Origin: Chthonomonadaceae bacterium
Lineage (GTDB): Bacteria > Armatimonadota > Chthonomonadetes > Chthonomonadales > Chthonomonadaceae
Direction of reading: 5' to 3'
Assembly: GCA_035650735.1 (NCBI GenBank)
Contig: DASRGZ010000120.1
Span: forward strand, 1 to 64,000
DNA: 64,000 nt
Made by a program: the position numbers and the translations under genes. Positions within the stretch are counted from its first letter, which is position 1; every line of letters starts with the position of its first letter. Positions 37,295-50,185 of the stretch are shown here, piece by piece. The notes under the pieces are model-generated. The model was not told the DNA's origin, searched no databases, and saw nothing but the letters and a program-made list of their open reading frames with translations.

Positions 37295-38625
37295 GTCTCG
37301 CCTGCGCTGCATGGATGCTGCTTGTGACTGTGGGCCAGCGCCCCGCCGCGCCCCCGGAGCCGTTTGTCCTGCCCAACGGCCTGCGCGTGGTGATGCGCGA
37401 ACGCCACGCCAACCCGCTGGTCGCCGTGGACCTGTGGGTGCGGGCGGGCGCGCGTGAGGAGCAGGAGGGAGAGGTCGGCTGCGCGCACTTCCTGGAGCAC
37501 ACGCTGTTCAAGGGAACGCGCACGCGCGGCCCCGGCGAGGCCGACCTGGAGATGGAGAACCTTGGCGCTACGCTGGACGCCGCCACCGGCCCCGACGCGG
37601 CCCACTACTCCGCCACCGTCGCCAGGGCGCATCTCGACGCGGCGCTGGCGGTGCTGGCCGATGTGGTGCGCAACGCCACCCTGCCGGACGCGGAGGTGGA
37701 GCGTGAGCGCGGCGTTATCCTCGACGAACTGGCCCAGCACGACGCCGCCCCCTCCGCGCGCCTGATCGATCTGCTCTACGCCGCCGCCTTCGACGCCCAC
37801 CCGTATCGCCGCTCGCCGGGAGGCACCGCTGCCGCCATCCGCGCGCGCTCTCGCGATACCCTGGCCGCCTTCTATGCCCGCACCTATGCCCCGGACCGCT
37901 GCACGCTGGCCCTCGCCGGCGACCTGACTCCAGAACAGGCCCGCGCCGCGGCCCAGCGCGCCTTTGGCGACTGGCACGCCCCGGGCATTAGCAAGAATGA
38001 GGGGTCGGGGATAAGAGCTATCTCTGCGCCCGAAGAGACGCCGCTGCGCCGCGTCCGTATCCGCATGGAGATGGCAGCGCCCCGCGTTGGCATGGCGTTT
38101 CGCGCGCCCGCCGCAGCGGATGCGGTCATGGCGTGCGCGGCGCAGGTGATCGCGGCGCTGCTGGGAGATCACAACGCCGGACGGCTCTCGGCCCTCGCCG
38201 ACACGGACATCGAGGCGTCTGCGCGCTACACGCCCCGGCGGGACCCCAGCCTGTTTGTCCTGACAGCTTCGCCGTCCGCCCACGCCTCCGGCCAGGACGC
38301 CGCCGCGCAACTGGCCGGGCTGGAGACCGCGCTGATCTCTGCCCTGAACGGCCTACAGACCGCCCCACCCGGCCCCGCCGAGATCGCCACCGCCAAACGG
38401 GCCGTGCTGGGCCGCCTGCTGTTCGAGACGGAGACGAACGGTGGGCTGGCCCAGGCCATCGGTTACGCCGATATTGTGGGCGGCGATACGCCCGAAGCGT
38501 TCCGCGCCCGCCTGCAACGCCTGACGCGCGCCGATATTCTACGCTGCCTTCAATCCTTCCTCAATCCAACCAACCGTATCACCGTAGAGCTTGTTCCTGC
38601 CAGCACAACGGGGGCGGCGCGATGA
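37291..38625 (+). CDS. M16 family zinc peptidase (catalytic subunit)
   Basis: LPNGL, AHFLEHTLFKGT (HxxEH). Confidence 0.9.
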   Translation: MSLACAAWMLLVTVGQRPAAPPEPFVLPNGLRVVMRERHANPLVAVDLWVRAGAREEQEGEVGCAHFLEHTLFKGTRTRGPGEADLEMENLGATLDAATGPDAAHYSATVARAHLDAALAVLADVVRNATLPDAEVERERGVILDELAQHDAAPSARLIDLLYAAAFDAHPYRRSPGGTAAAIRARSRDTLAAFYARTYAPDRCTLALAGDLTPEQARAAAQRAFGDWHAPGISKNEGSGIRAISAPEETPLRRVRIRMEMAAPRVGMAFRAPAAADAVMACAAQVIAALLGDHNAGRLSALADTDIEASARYTPRRDPSLFVLTASPSAHASGQDAAAQLAGLETALISALNGLQTAPPGPAEIATAKRAVLGRLLFETETNGGLAQAIGYADIVGGDTPEAFRARLQRLTRADILRCLQSFLNPTNRITVELVPASTTGAAR

Positions 38626-39989
38626 TCACAACCGGCCCCATGCAGGCTATCCCTCGCATCGAGCGGCGCGCGGCCTGGCGCGTCTGCCTCTGCGGCCTCC
38701 TGCTGCTTTTGCTAACGCTCCCTGGCCGCGCCCAAGCGCCCTCTCCCGCCGTCCGCTGCGTCACGCTGCCCGATGGCGTTCGCCTGCTCTTAAAGCCCGA
38801 GCCGGATACGGAGGTGACCGCCATCGTCGCCTTTGTGCGCACCGAGCCGGAACCCGACCCGGACCCCGCCGCCGCGGAACTGGTCGCGCGTGCCCTCTTT
38901 TTCGGCAGCCTGAATCGCTCGATGGACCGGATCAGCCGCTCCATCACCCAGGTTGGCGGCCTGCTGGAGACGCTGCGCACGCCCGATTACGTCGCCGTCA
39001 CCTGCGTTACCGTCGGCGAGCAGCTGAATGAGGCCGCGTACCTGATCTGCGAGGCGCTCAAGAACGCTGACTTCGCCCCGGAAGCCCTGGACCGCGCCCG
39101 GCAAAGCCTCCTGGACGAACGGCGAGAGCGCGCCGACGATGGATTTGAGACGGCCCGCGCCGACCTCTGCGCTCGCTTGAGCGGCGCGTCGGAGCCAGGC
39201 CAGCTCGCCCTGCGCCGGGTCACGCAGGAGCGGGCGCAGGACTACTTCCAGCGCCACTACGTCCCGGCCCGCACGGTCATTGCGGTCGTGGGCCGCTTCC
39301 AGCCGGACGCCGCGCAGCGCGCCTTTGACGCCGACCTCTACGATTACGACCACCCGGCGCCGCGCGCCAGAGCCATCACCACAGCTCCGCAAAAGCCTAA
39401 CTTTAACGCCGAAACGCAAACATTTCTAACCTCTGGCGGCGTCGCCTACGCGCTCGTCGGCGTGCCCGCGCCGGACGTCACCAGCCCCGACTACCCGGCA
39501 TTCACCGTCTTACAGACGCTGCTAGGCGGCGGGCACGCCGCGCGCTTGTTTCGCCGTGTGCGCGACACGCTCGGCCTCGGCTACGAGGTTGGCGCGACCT
39601 ATCGGGCCGACCGAGCCGATCCCCTGATCGCCTATCTCCAATGGGACACGCGCCGTGCGCTGCCCGGTCCGGCAATGGCTGCGCTCAAGCCCGAAGAGGC
39701 CCTGAAACTCCTCCAGGTGCAACTAGATGCCCTCCTCGCCGACCCGCCAACCGAAGCCGAGCTGACGCGTGCCCGCAACTATGCCATCGGGCGGGATGCC
39801 CTCCGCCACGAGCGCGCCCGTGACCGCGCCTTCCTCCTCGGCTGGTACGAGACGATGGGTCTGGGCTACGCCTTCGATGCCGAGTTCCCCCGCCGCCTCG
39901 CCGCCGTCACCCGCGCCGATGTCCTCCGCGTCGCCCACACCTACCTCGCCGCCCGTGCCACCGCCCTCGCCCTCCCCAAATCAAATTAA
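38622..39989 (+). CDS. M16 family peptidase-like (non-catalytic subunit)
   Basis: LPDGV, RLFRRVRDTLGLGY; lacks HxxEH; ATGA overlap. Confidence 0.85.
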   Translation: MITTGPMQAIPRIERRAAWRVCLCGLLLLLLTLPGRAQAPSPAVRCVTLPDGVRLLLKPEPDTEVTAIVAFVRTEPEPDPDPAAAELVARALFFGSLNRSMDRISRSITQVGGLLETLRTPDYVAVTCVTVGEQLNEAAYLICEALKNADFAPEALDRARQSLLDERRERADDGFETARADLCARLSGASEPGQLALRRVTQERAQDYFQRHYVPARTVIAVVGRFQPDAAQRAFDADLYDYDHPAPRARAITTAPQKPNFNAETQTFLTSGGVAYALVGVPAPDVTSPDYPAFTVLQTLLGGGHAARLFRRVRDTLGLGYEVGATYRADRADPLIAYLQWDTRRALPGPAMAALKPEEALKLLQVQLDALLADPPTEAELTRARNYAIGRDALRHERARDRAFLLGWYETMGLGYAFDAEFPRRLAAVTRADVLRVAHTYLAARATALALPKSN

Positions 39990-40002
39990 AAGCCAAAACC
40001 TC

Positions 40003-40130
40003 CATAGGATGAACAGGATTTTACAGGTTTAAACAGGATTTCTAAAACCTACCCAACCCCTGCTTCTATCTCTATAACCTAACCAAGCCCTGCTTTTCTG
40101 TTTTTGTCTTAATCCTGTAAATCCTGTTGA
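40003..40130. repeat. (ACAGGATT)n / (AATCCTGT)n imperfect palindromic repeat
   Basis: Same family at 53243-53337. Confidence 0.65.
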
Positions 40131-40365
40131 AAGCATTTCTGGTAATCCCTCCCAACGGTGTAGACGTATCTCCTCAGCAGCAGGCTGCGTGAGATTGATC
40201 CACACGGCTGGGAGTGTCTACCGCATTTCTAGCGTAGCGGGTGGTTTAATTTGATCTTGGCGTCTACTAGTTCTGCGCGAGAGAATATGATAGAATCTTG
40301 TCGGCACATTTGAGTGAATTTAGGGAAGAGTTTGAGCGAGGAGACAGGGGGGCGAGCACAGGATC

Positions 40366-43371
<3,006 letters not shown>

Positions 43372-43377
43372 TTCGAC

Positions 43378-43419
43378 AGGGAACACAAATCCAATTAAGT
43401 TGGATTTGTGTTCCCTTTA
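43378..43419. terminator. 17-bp perfect hairpin after uvrA
   Basis: AGGGAACACAAATCCAA-ttaag-TTGGATTTGTGTTCCCT. Confidence 0.75.
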
Positions 43420-44290
43420 GAGGGTTTAGAAAAAGTCATTCGGCCAGCCTTTTGAGCAGGTTCTGGGTCATGGCGATATACACCATGCTCTCACTGTGTA
43501 CCGGGTTGAGTTCATAGTCTTTGGCAAGACGCTTGTATCTGCCCAACCAGGCGAACGTGCGCTCCACCACCCAACGCCGAGGCAATACCTCAAAGCCGGA
43601 AACATCGTCGGAGCGCAAGACGATCTCGATGCAAATGCCCAGCGTGTCGGCAGCCCAGTCTATCAGCCAACCGGTATACTGACCGTCTGCCCATATCTTC
43701 TTCAGGCGGGGGAAATCGCCTTTACAATTTGTCAGAACCGGCTTGGCTCCCTCGCGGTCGTTCTGGTCGGCCGCCGAGACCAAGACCTTGAGGACCCGTC
43801 CCTCGGTGTCTACGAGGAGGTGACGCTTGCGCCCTTTGACCTTCTTGTGCCCGTCATAACCGATGTCGTCCTCGCCAGATCGCCCCCTTTTTCGGTCGTC
43901 TTGACCGACTGACTGTCGATGACGGCGGCCGAAGGCGTGGGTTCTCTGCCGACCCGCTCTCGGTCGGCTTCCCGAAGCGCGGTGTGGATTTTCTCCCACA
44001 GTCCGCTGCGGCTCCAACGGTTGAAGTAGCCCTAGCAACTGAGCCAGGGAGGCAGGTCATGGGGCATTAGCGACCAGGCACAGCCTGCGCGATGGATGTA
44101 GAAGATGCCGTTGAGTATCTGCCGGTAGGGATACTCTCTGGGGCGTCCGTTGCGTTTGTCAGGGCGATCCACCTTCGGGGAGAAGGGTTCCAGGAGTGCC
44201 CATTGGGCGTCAGTCAAGTCGGTTGAATACGTTTGTCTGTCCATCTTAACAGAGTCTACGAGAATCCTCATGGACTTATTCTAAACCCTC
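43420..44290 (-). mobile_element. IS5-family insertion sequence (871 bp, IS1031/IS427-like)
   Basis: TIRs GAGGGTTTAGAAAAAGTC / GACTTATTCTAAACCCTC (17/18 match); TTA duplicated at 43417-43419 and 44291-44293. Confidence 0.92.
43436..44244 (-). pseudogene. IS5 transposase with internal amber stop and -1 frame change
   Basis: YSTDLTDAQW, IDSQSVK, GYDGHKKVKGRKRH, WADGQY, RWVVERTFAW; TAG at 44032-44034; AAAAAGGGGG (minus strand) at 43883-43892. Confidence 0.88.
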
Positions 44291-44586
44291 TTACAACGTG
44301 ACCACGTATGATCGGAAGACGCGCACGCTCATGGACAATAGCTCTCCTTGTGGGTGTGGCGGTGGTTGGAGGCAAGTAACCGAGGCCAGGATAGAGGCGG
44401 TCGCTGCCAGCAACGGGGGCTACTCAGACTTAAGAAAACTAGGCTGTCGTGGCTTTCCCTAACCGGAGGTTGGCCGCCGGCTGCAAGAATTTCAACGAAA
44501 GGAGGACGGCAGGTTTTGGACGGCACGAGTTGCTGAGGAGCCTTCCTCACCCGGCTAAAGCGCGGGTATCGCCTGCCGATGGATTT

Positions 44587-45384
44587 ATGAAAAAGGGACT
44601 GACGCAGATTTGCCTGGGAGGAAACTCCCTGATCCGTGATGCGCTACAACTGTGTAAGGAGATCGGCTATCAGGGCCTGGAGATCCTGCTGACCGAGAAC
44701 GGTGAACTGACCATGCAGGCGGGGCAGGCGGAGTATGCGGCCCTCCGGCGGATGAGCCAGGAGGCGGGCGTAGAACTCACCAGCATATGCGGAGCGGGGA
44801 GCTTCACGGATAACGATCCGGCTGTCGTCGCCCAGAGTAAGGCTCAGTGCCGCAAGATGCTGGAGGCGGCGGAGGCGCTGGGCATAGATACCATCCTGGT
44901 CACGGGCGGGCGGGTAACGGAAACGGTGCCCTACGATGTGGCCTACGACCGTCTCCTGAGCGCGCTGCAAGAGCTTCGCGCGGATGCCGAGCGCCACCGC
45001 GTCCATCTCGCCCTGGAGAACATCTGGAACAAGCTGCTGATCAGCCCTCTGGAGTTCCGCGACTTCCTTGATAAGATTGGCAGCCCCTATGTCGGCTGTT
45101 ACTTCGATACCGGTAACGTCGTTCTCTACGGCTACCCCGAACAGTGGATTCGGATACTAGGCCAGCGCATCAAGAAAATCCACTTCAAGGATTTCAAAAT
45201 GGATCACCGCACGCGCCAGTATGAGTGGTCGCAGTTGATGCAGGGCGAGGTGAACTGGCCCGCCGTCATGCGGGAGATACGCGCCATCGGCTACGACGAT
45301 TATGTGATCACGGAGGTCTGCGGAGACCGCGCCACCTACGAGGAGACCTGCCGGGTGATGGATACCATCCTGGCCTTGGCGTGA
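44587..45384 (+). CDS. sugar phosphate isomerase/epimerase (AP_endonuc_2 TIM barrel)
   Basis: LALENIWNK, YFDTGN, IHFKDF, GEVNW, ITE. Confidence 0.9.
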   Translation: MKKGLTQICLGGNSLIRDALQLCKEIGYQGLEILLTENGELTMQAGQAEYAALRRMSQEAGVELTSICGAGSFTDNDPAVVAQSKAQCRKMLEAAEALGIDTILVTGGRVTETVPYDVAYDRLLSALQELRADAERHRVHLALENIWNKLLISPLEFRDFLDKIGSPYVGCYFDTGNVVLYGYPEQWIRILGQRIKKIHFKDFKMDHRTRQYEWSQLMQGEVNWPAVMREIRAIGYDDYVITEVCGDRATYEETCRVMDTILALA

Positions 45385-45472
45385 TAATAGCCCTCACCCC
45401 CTTCCCCTCTCCCGCAGCGTGGGAGAGGGGAGAGGCGGTTTCATGCGAGGGGATGCGCCCTACGCAGGAAGG

Positions 45473-48040
45473 TCAGGAAGCGCGCGTGTCTATCTTCAGT
45501 GGCGGCGCGTTCCAGGCCGTGATGCGGACGCGGCCCGGCTCTGAGAGGCGCACGCGCCAGGTGTTGCCCGGTGGAACATACATCGCGTAGCCCTCGCTCA
45601 GATACGGGCCGCCTGTGTCGTTGGCGCTGCGCAGGCGCACGCCGAGCAGCGCCCTATCGTTGTCTAGCGTGAAGCTCTTTCGGTCTTGCCCCACAGAACC
45701 GACCGCTAGGCTGGCTCCGGGCAGGCGCAGGAGAGGCGCGAACGGCGCGTCCGTATGCGTCGAGAAGAGGTAGGTGTTGCGTGCCAGCGTCTCCTCCGGC
45801 TCCTGAGCGCGCCGCCGCAGCCTCAGATCGAGCGCGAAGAGAGAAGGCGTCTCCGGCAGAGGAATGGCGATCTCTCCCATACGGATGGACCGCTCCCCGG
45901 ATGTCTCCCTCTCCAGCGCAATCCCCTCCCCCGCCAGCGCCTGGCCGTTCATCACATCCCGCCACGCCCAGGCCAGTTCATAATCGGGCGGAAGCGGACG
46001 CGAGGCGTTCAGCCAGAGGACGGCGCGGAACGTCTCCCCCCGCTTCCAGGCCAGGCGGTCGTATTGGGCGCTGACCAGATAGGGCGCGTAGGCGTTGCGG
46101 ATCGTCCAGTAGGCCGGACGCGGCTGGCCGTAGTAGTCCAGCGCGTTGGTACAGGAAGCGTTCGGCCAGGCCTCATTGAACTGCCAGGGCAGCGTTCCCG
46201 ACGTGCGCCAGGCACGCCGACGGCTTGCCTCTATCGCGTAGCGCAGCCCCTCCGCCTGTATCCACTGGCTGGCATTGATAAACCCTTCCAGGTACTCCAG
46301 AGGACCGAAGAGCGCTTCCACCTGCGGGCGGTTGAGCCACCATGCCCCATGATGCACCCAATCGGGATTGGTGCGGTCGGGCGGCCAGAAGGCATCGGCT
46401 GGCAGGAAGCGGGGAAACGCCTCCAGGTTGGCCGCACCCTCTACGCCGAACTCGGAGTGGAGCAGCGGGTCAATGGCGTTAAAGAAGACGTAATGGCCCG
46501 GATCGCCCAAGTATTTCCAGTGACCGTGCACATCGTGCATCCGGCCGATATTATCCGGAGAGGCACTGAAGACCGGGCCGGAGGGCGAGGTGGGCAGGAA
46601 GAGCGCATCGGGATGAAGCTCCTCGACAACCGCACGCAGGGCGGCCAGGGTCGGGTGGTCGTTGCCGAGCGGCGTCCCGTCGGGCGTCATTAGTTCGTTG
46701 CCGCCGCACCAGAGGAAGAGCGAAGGATGGTTGCGCCGCTGGGGGATCATCTTCACGGCCTGGTCGAGGCAGTAGGCAATGTAGGCGTCATCCGTGGCCG
46801 GCTCGTTGTCTATGCCGGAGGAGGACTGGATAAACTCCTGCCAGACGAGGATGCCCGCCTCATCGCAGAGGTCATAAAAGAGCTCGCGCTCCAGGAGTCC
46901 GCCGCCCCAGACGCGCAGCACGTTGCAGTGGGCCTCCTGCGCCATGCGGATCCAGTGGCGATAGCGCGCGGCCTGGGGCCGCCCGTAGAGTTGATCGATG
47001 GGCGCCCAATTCCATCCCTTCATAAAGACGCGCTGGTCGTTCACTTCCAGGACGTAAGGCAGGGCATCCGCCGGCGCGTTATCATTGGGCACGAAACGCA
47101 CCGCACGAATGCCGAACCGCACCGTGCGCTCGTCCAACGTTTCTCCGCTTTCCGAGGTCAGCGCGATACGCGCCTTATAGAGCGGCTGATCGCCGTAGCC
47201 GTTGGGATACCACAGCGCGGGCCGTTCTATCGTCAGCGAGAGCGTTGGCAGCGTGCCGCCTGCGGCTAGGGCTTCCTCTGCCTCGGCCACAGGCGAGTCC
47301 TCGCCGGAGCGGCGCACGCTGGCGGACAGTCGGCCACGAAGGGGATCGCTCAGCGTTATTTGAACGGTCACGGCAGCCGAATCCCGCGCCGCGCTCAGAA
47401 TTGGACGAACCCAGACGGAGTCGATCCGCGCGCCGTCGTCGGCCTCCAGCGTGACATCCTGCCAGATGCCCAGAGGGATCAGGCGCGTGCACCAGTCCCA
47501 CCCGTAGGCGAAGCGGGCCTTCCACAGCCGTATTTGATTGGTCCACCCTATCTGGCCCTGATTGTCCGGCTCAGGCGGCGCGTGATCAATGACGACCACA
47601 AGCTGATTGGGCGCATCCGTGCGTAAGAGTGCGGTAACATCGAAGGCGAAGGGATCATACATCCCGCTATGGTCGCCGAGGCGCTGGCCGTTGAGGAAGA
47701 CGTGGCAGGAGTAGTCCACGCCGCCAAAGCAGAGACGCACTCGCTTCCGTCCCTGCATCTGTGGCGGCAAGACAAACTCCTTGCGATAGACCCAATCCCG
47801 CTGAGAAACCCACTCGCACGCCCGACTATTGCGCCCGAACTCCGGGGCAGGGATCTCTCCCGCATCCCGCAGGTCCGAAGGCACATCGCCGGGCACGATG
47901 GCCGGAATCCAGGGTGGCGCCGCAGGCTCGATGCGGTCGAGGTCTATTCCAGCCTGGCCAATGCGCCGCCAGACCCACTCCGTTGGCGGCAATCCCATTA
48001 TCTGCCAATCCGCGCCGTTGAGGCTAAACGTCGTGCGCAT
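45473..48040 (-). CDS. glycoside hydrolase family 2 (beta-mannosidase-like)
   Basis: FAYGWDW, LRVWGGG, RNHPSLFLWCGGNE, HSEFG, WQFNEAWP. Confidence 0.9.
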   Translation of the reverse strand: MRTTFSLNGADWQIMGLPPTEWVWRRIGQAGIDLDRIEPAAPPWIPAIVPGDVPSDLRDAGEIPAPEFGRNSRACEWVSQRDWVYRKEFVLPPQMQGRKRVRLCFGGVDYSCHVFLNGQRLGDHSGMYDPFAFDVTALLRTDAPNQLVVVIDHAPPEPDNQGQIGWTNQIRLWKARFAYGWDWCTRLIPLGIWQDVTLEADDGARIDSVWVRPILSAARDSAAVTVQITLSDPLRGRLSASVRRSGEDSPVAEAEEALAAGGTLPTLSLTIERPALWYPNGYGDQPLYKARIALTSESGETLDERTVRFGIRAVRFVPNDNAPADALPYVLEVNDQRVFMKGWNWAPIDQLYGRPQAARYRHWIRMAQEAHCNVLRVWGGGLLERELFYDLCDEAGILVWQEFIQSSSGIDNEPATDDAYIAYCLDQAVKMIPQRRNHPSLFLWCGGNELMTPDGTPLGNDHPTLAALRAVVEELHPDALFLPTSPSGPVFSASPDNIGRMHDVHGHWKYLGDPGHYVFFNAIDPLLHSEFGVEGAANLEAFPRFLPADAFWPPDRTNPDWVHHGAWWLNRPQVEALFGPLEYLEGFINASQWIQAEGLRYAIEASRRRAWRTSGTLPWQFNEAWPNASCTNALDYYGQPRPAYWTIRNAYAPYLVSAQYDRLAWKRGETFRAVLWLNASRPLPPDYELAWAWRDVMNGQALAGEGIALERETSGERSIRMGEIAIPLPETPSLFALDLRLRRRAQEPEETLARNTYLFSTHTDAPFAPLLRLPGASLAVGSVGQDRKSFTLDNDRALLGVRLRSANDTGGPYLSEGYAMYVPPGNTWRVRLSEPGRVRITAWNAPPLKIDTRAS

Positions 48041-48255
48041 GTGGTTTTGCTCCCTGCTGGCCTTCACTCCCGAACCGGATGGTGTTCCGGCGTCCAATTC
48101 CCTCCGCAGAGCGATTTTCCCTGCTGTAATGCGCCTCTTTTTGCGTCTCCCTGCGCGCGAGCCAATCCTTCCGGCAGACGGGGGCACGTAGACTCCTGGC
48201 GGGGTGGACACCCCGGCGCAGGTCTGCTAAGATACCATCCGCAGATGAGTGAACG

Positions 48256-49671
48256 ATGGAGGAACCCATGACCGTACCGCATTCGATACCTACCGCCCTT
48301 TGCTTTGATGTGGAAGACCTAATCGCCCCGGAAAGCGACGATGCCGTCTACTGGCTAGCAGAGATCCTAGCCGAGCACGGCTTGACCGGCTCCTTCATGG
48401 TTGTCGGGGAGAAGGCACGCCTCTGGGAGCGGCGCGGACGGCGCGATGTGATCGAGGCGCTTAAGCAGCATCACCTTTCGTTCCACTCCACCTGGCACTC
48501 GGTGCATCCGACCACCACCGAGATCTGCCTGGAGCGCAACTTCGCCGAGGGCACGGAGGCCCTCTGGGACTGGGATCGGCAGGGCTGGGCCGATGCGGAG
48601 CGCATTCTGGGACGTCCTCTGCTGGGCTGGGCGCGCACCGGCAGCAGTTGGTCGCCCTCCGTGATGGGGCTGATGGGCCAGAAGGGACGCGGCTACGCCT
48701 ATAGTCTGGTCCGCCTGCCCGGTCATAACGTCTGCTGGTACGCCGGCTGCCTGGGTTTCTACGGCGAGGGCGTCGGCGGCTTCGATGCCACCTTCTATGA
48801 TGACGCTCTGTTTGAGGAGAGGCTGGCCGCGGTGCAGCGGGACGTGGATCGCTACGCGCAGTCGGAACGGCGGGGGGCGCAATGGCTCTGCTTCTTTATG
48901 TGCCATCCGACGCGCGTGATCAGCACCGAGTTCTGGGACGCCGTGAACTTCGCCAAGGGTGCCAACCCGCCGCGCGAGCAGTGGAAGCCCGCTCCGCAGC
49001 ATGACGCTTCCCTTATCCCAACGATGCAGAAGAACTACCGCCGGCTGTGCGAATATCTGCGCCGTGACGACCGCCTGGAGATCGTCGGCTGGGGTGAACT
49101 TATCCGCCGTTATGATGGACAGCGCCCCTTCGCCACGCAGGCGGACTTAGAGCAGATCGCCCGCCGAATCGCCGACGAGCGCCAGGTGCTCTTTACGGAC
49201 TTCTTCACGGCGGGCGAGATCCTGCTGATGCTCTGCCGGGCCGTCGCCGCGCCGCAGGGCCTCTATCCGCGCCCCGCCGTCTACGGTCCCCTGACGACGC
49301 CTCCCGTCTCGCCGCAGAAGGAATGGGACGCGCAGGCGGTCAAAGCCGCTGCCGCGCAGGTCGAGGAGGCCGCGCGGAGCGGCTATTTGCCGGCTTCGGT
49401 TTCCGTCGGCAAGGAGGATATCGGCCTGGGGACCTATTTTGTCGCCCTGGCGGAGGCATTCCTGGGCCGGGATAAGGTCTCCGGCCCTGCGGAAGCCCCC
49501 TACCCGCCCGCCGCCGAAGCGGTGGCGCAAGATGCGGCGCGATCCATTCCGGGCTGGGTCATCCATCCAGCGAATATGGATCTAAGCAACCTCCTGGAAC
49601 AGACGCGGCTGCAATGCTGGGCGCTCAAGCCGGCCTGGCCCCGTGATGTCCTCTTCGGCCAGAGCGCGTAG
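48256..49671 (+). CDS. polysaccharide deacetylase-like (NodB-fold) protein
   Basis: CFDVED, VVGEKAR, HSTWHSVHP, MCHP motifs. Confidence 0.65.
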   Translation: MEEPMTVPHSIPTALCFDVEDLIAPESDDAVYWLAEILAEHGLTGSFMVVGEKARLWERRGRRDVIEALKQHHLSFHSTWHSVHPTTTEICLERNFAEGTEALWDWDRQGWADAERILGRPLLGWARTGSSWSPSVMGLMGQKGRGYAYSLVRLPGHNVCWYAGCLGFYGEGVGGFDATFYDDALFEERLAAVQRDVDRYAQSERRGAQWLCFFMCHPTRVISTEFWDAVNFAKGANPPREQWKPAPQHDASLIPTMQKNYRRLCEYLRRDDRLEIVGWGELIRRYDGQRPFATQADLEQIARRIADERQVLFTDFFTAGEILLMLCRAVAAPQGLYPRPAVYGPLTTPPVSPQKEWDAQAVKAAAAQVEEAARSGYLPASVSVGKEDIGLGTYFVALAEAFLGRDKVSGPAEAPYPPAAEAVAQDAARSIPGWVIHPANMDLSNLLEQTRLQCWALKPAWPRDVLFGQSA

Positions 49672-49687
49672 GAAGCGGGCAGAGAGA

Positions 49688-50185
49688 TTATCTCTCGGCG
49701 TTGGGGTGGAGAAATCGGCGCACGAGGAAGTAGAGGGGCAGAGCCAGAACGGCATTGTAGAGCGTGGTCAGCCCGACGTTGTGCGTCCAGCGCAGCACAT
49801 GATGCTGGGGCGCGAAGAGGAAGAACAGGCCCTCCGCCAGGGCCGTGCCTAGAGCGGCCAGAAACAGGGCGATCAAGGGATTATCACGGAAGACGCGCTC
49901 CTCCAGCCAGCCGACGCCCAGGCAGACCAGCGTGCGGCTGACGATCAGGCTGCCAAAGCCTCCGTTAGGCGGGGCGGCGAGGGCCGCGTGCAGCAGCCCG
50001 GCGAAGAAGCCGAGGGCCGCGCTGCCGTTGATATCGCAAAACAGCGAGCCGAGGATGGCTGTCAGCAAGAGCAGGTCGGGCCGCGCTCCGTGTACCTGCA
50101 GGGAGTCCGCGTAAAGGCCCTGCAGAATGGCCGCGCACAGAAGCATCGCCGCCAGCCGGACGCCGCGCCGCAGGGAGGGACTCAT
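49688..50185 (-). CDS. mreD: rod shape-determining protein MreD
   Basis: GARPDLLL, hydrophobic, follows mreC. Confidence 0.88.
   Translation of the reverse strand: MSPSLRRGVRLAAMLLCAAILQGLYADSLQVHGARPDLLLLTAILGSLFCDINGSAALGFFAGLLHAALAAPPNGGFGSLIVSRTLVCLGVGWLEERVFRDNPLIALFLAALGTALAEGLFFLFAPQHHVLRWTHNVGLTTLYNAVLALPLYFLVRRFLHPNAER

Noticed and set aside
40155..40225. Imperfect inverted repeat upstream of uvrA as an SOS box or ncRNA
   Set aside because: No known LexA box recognised and no second copy to support a motif
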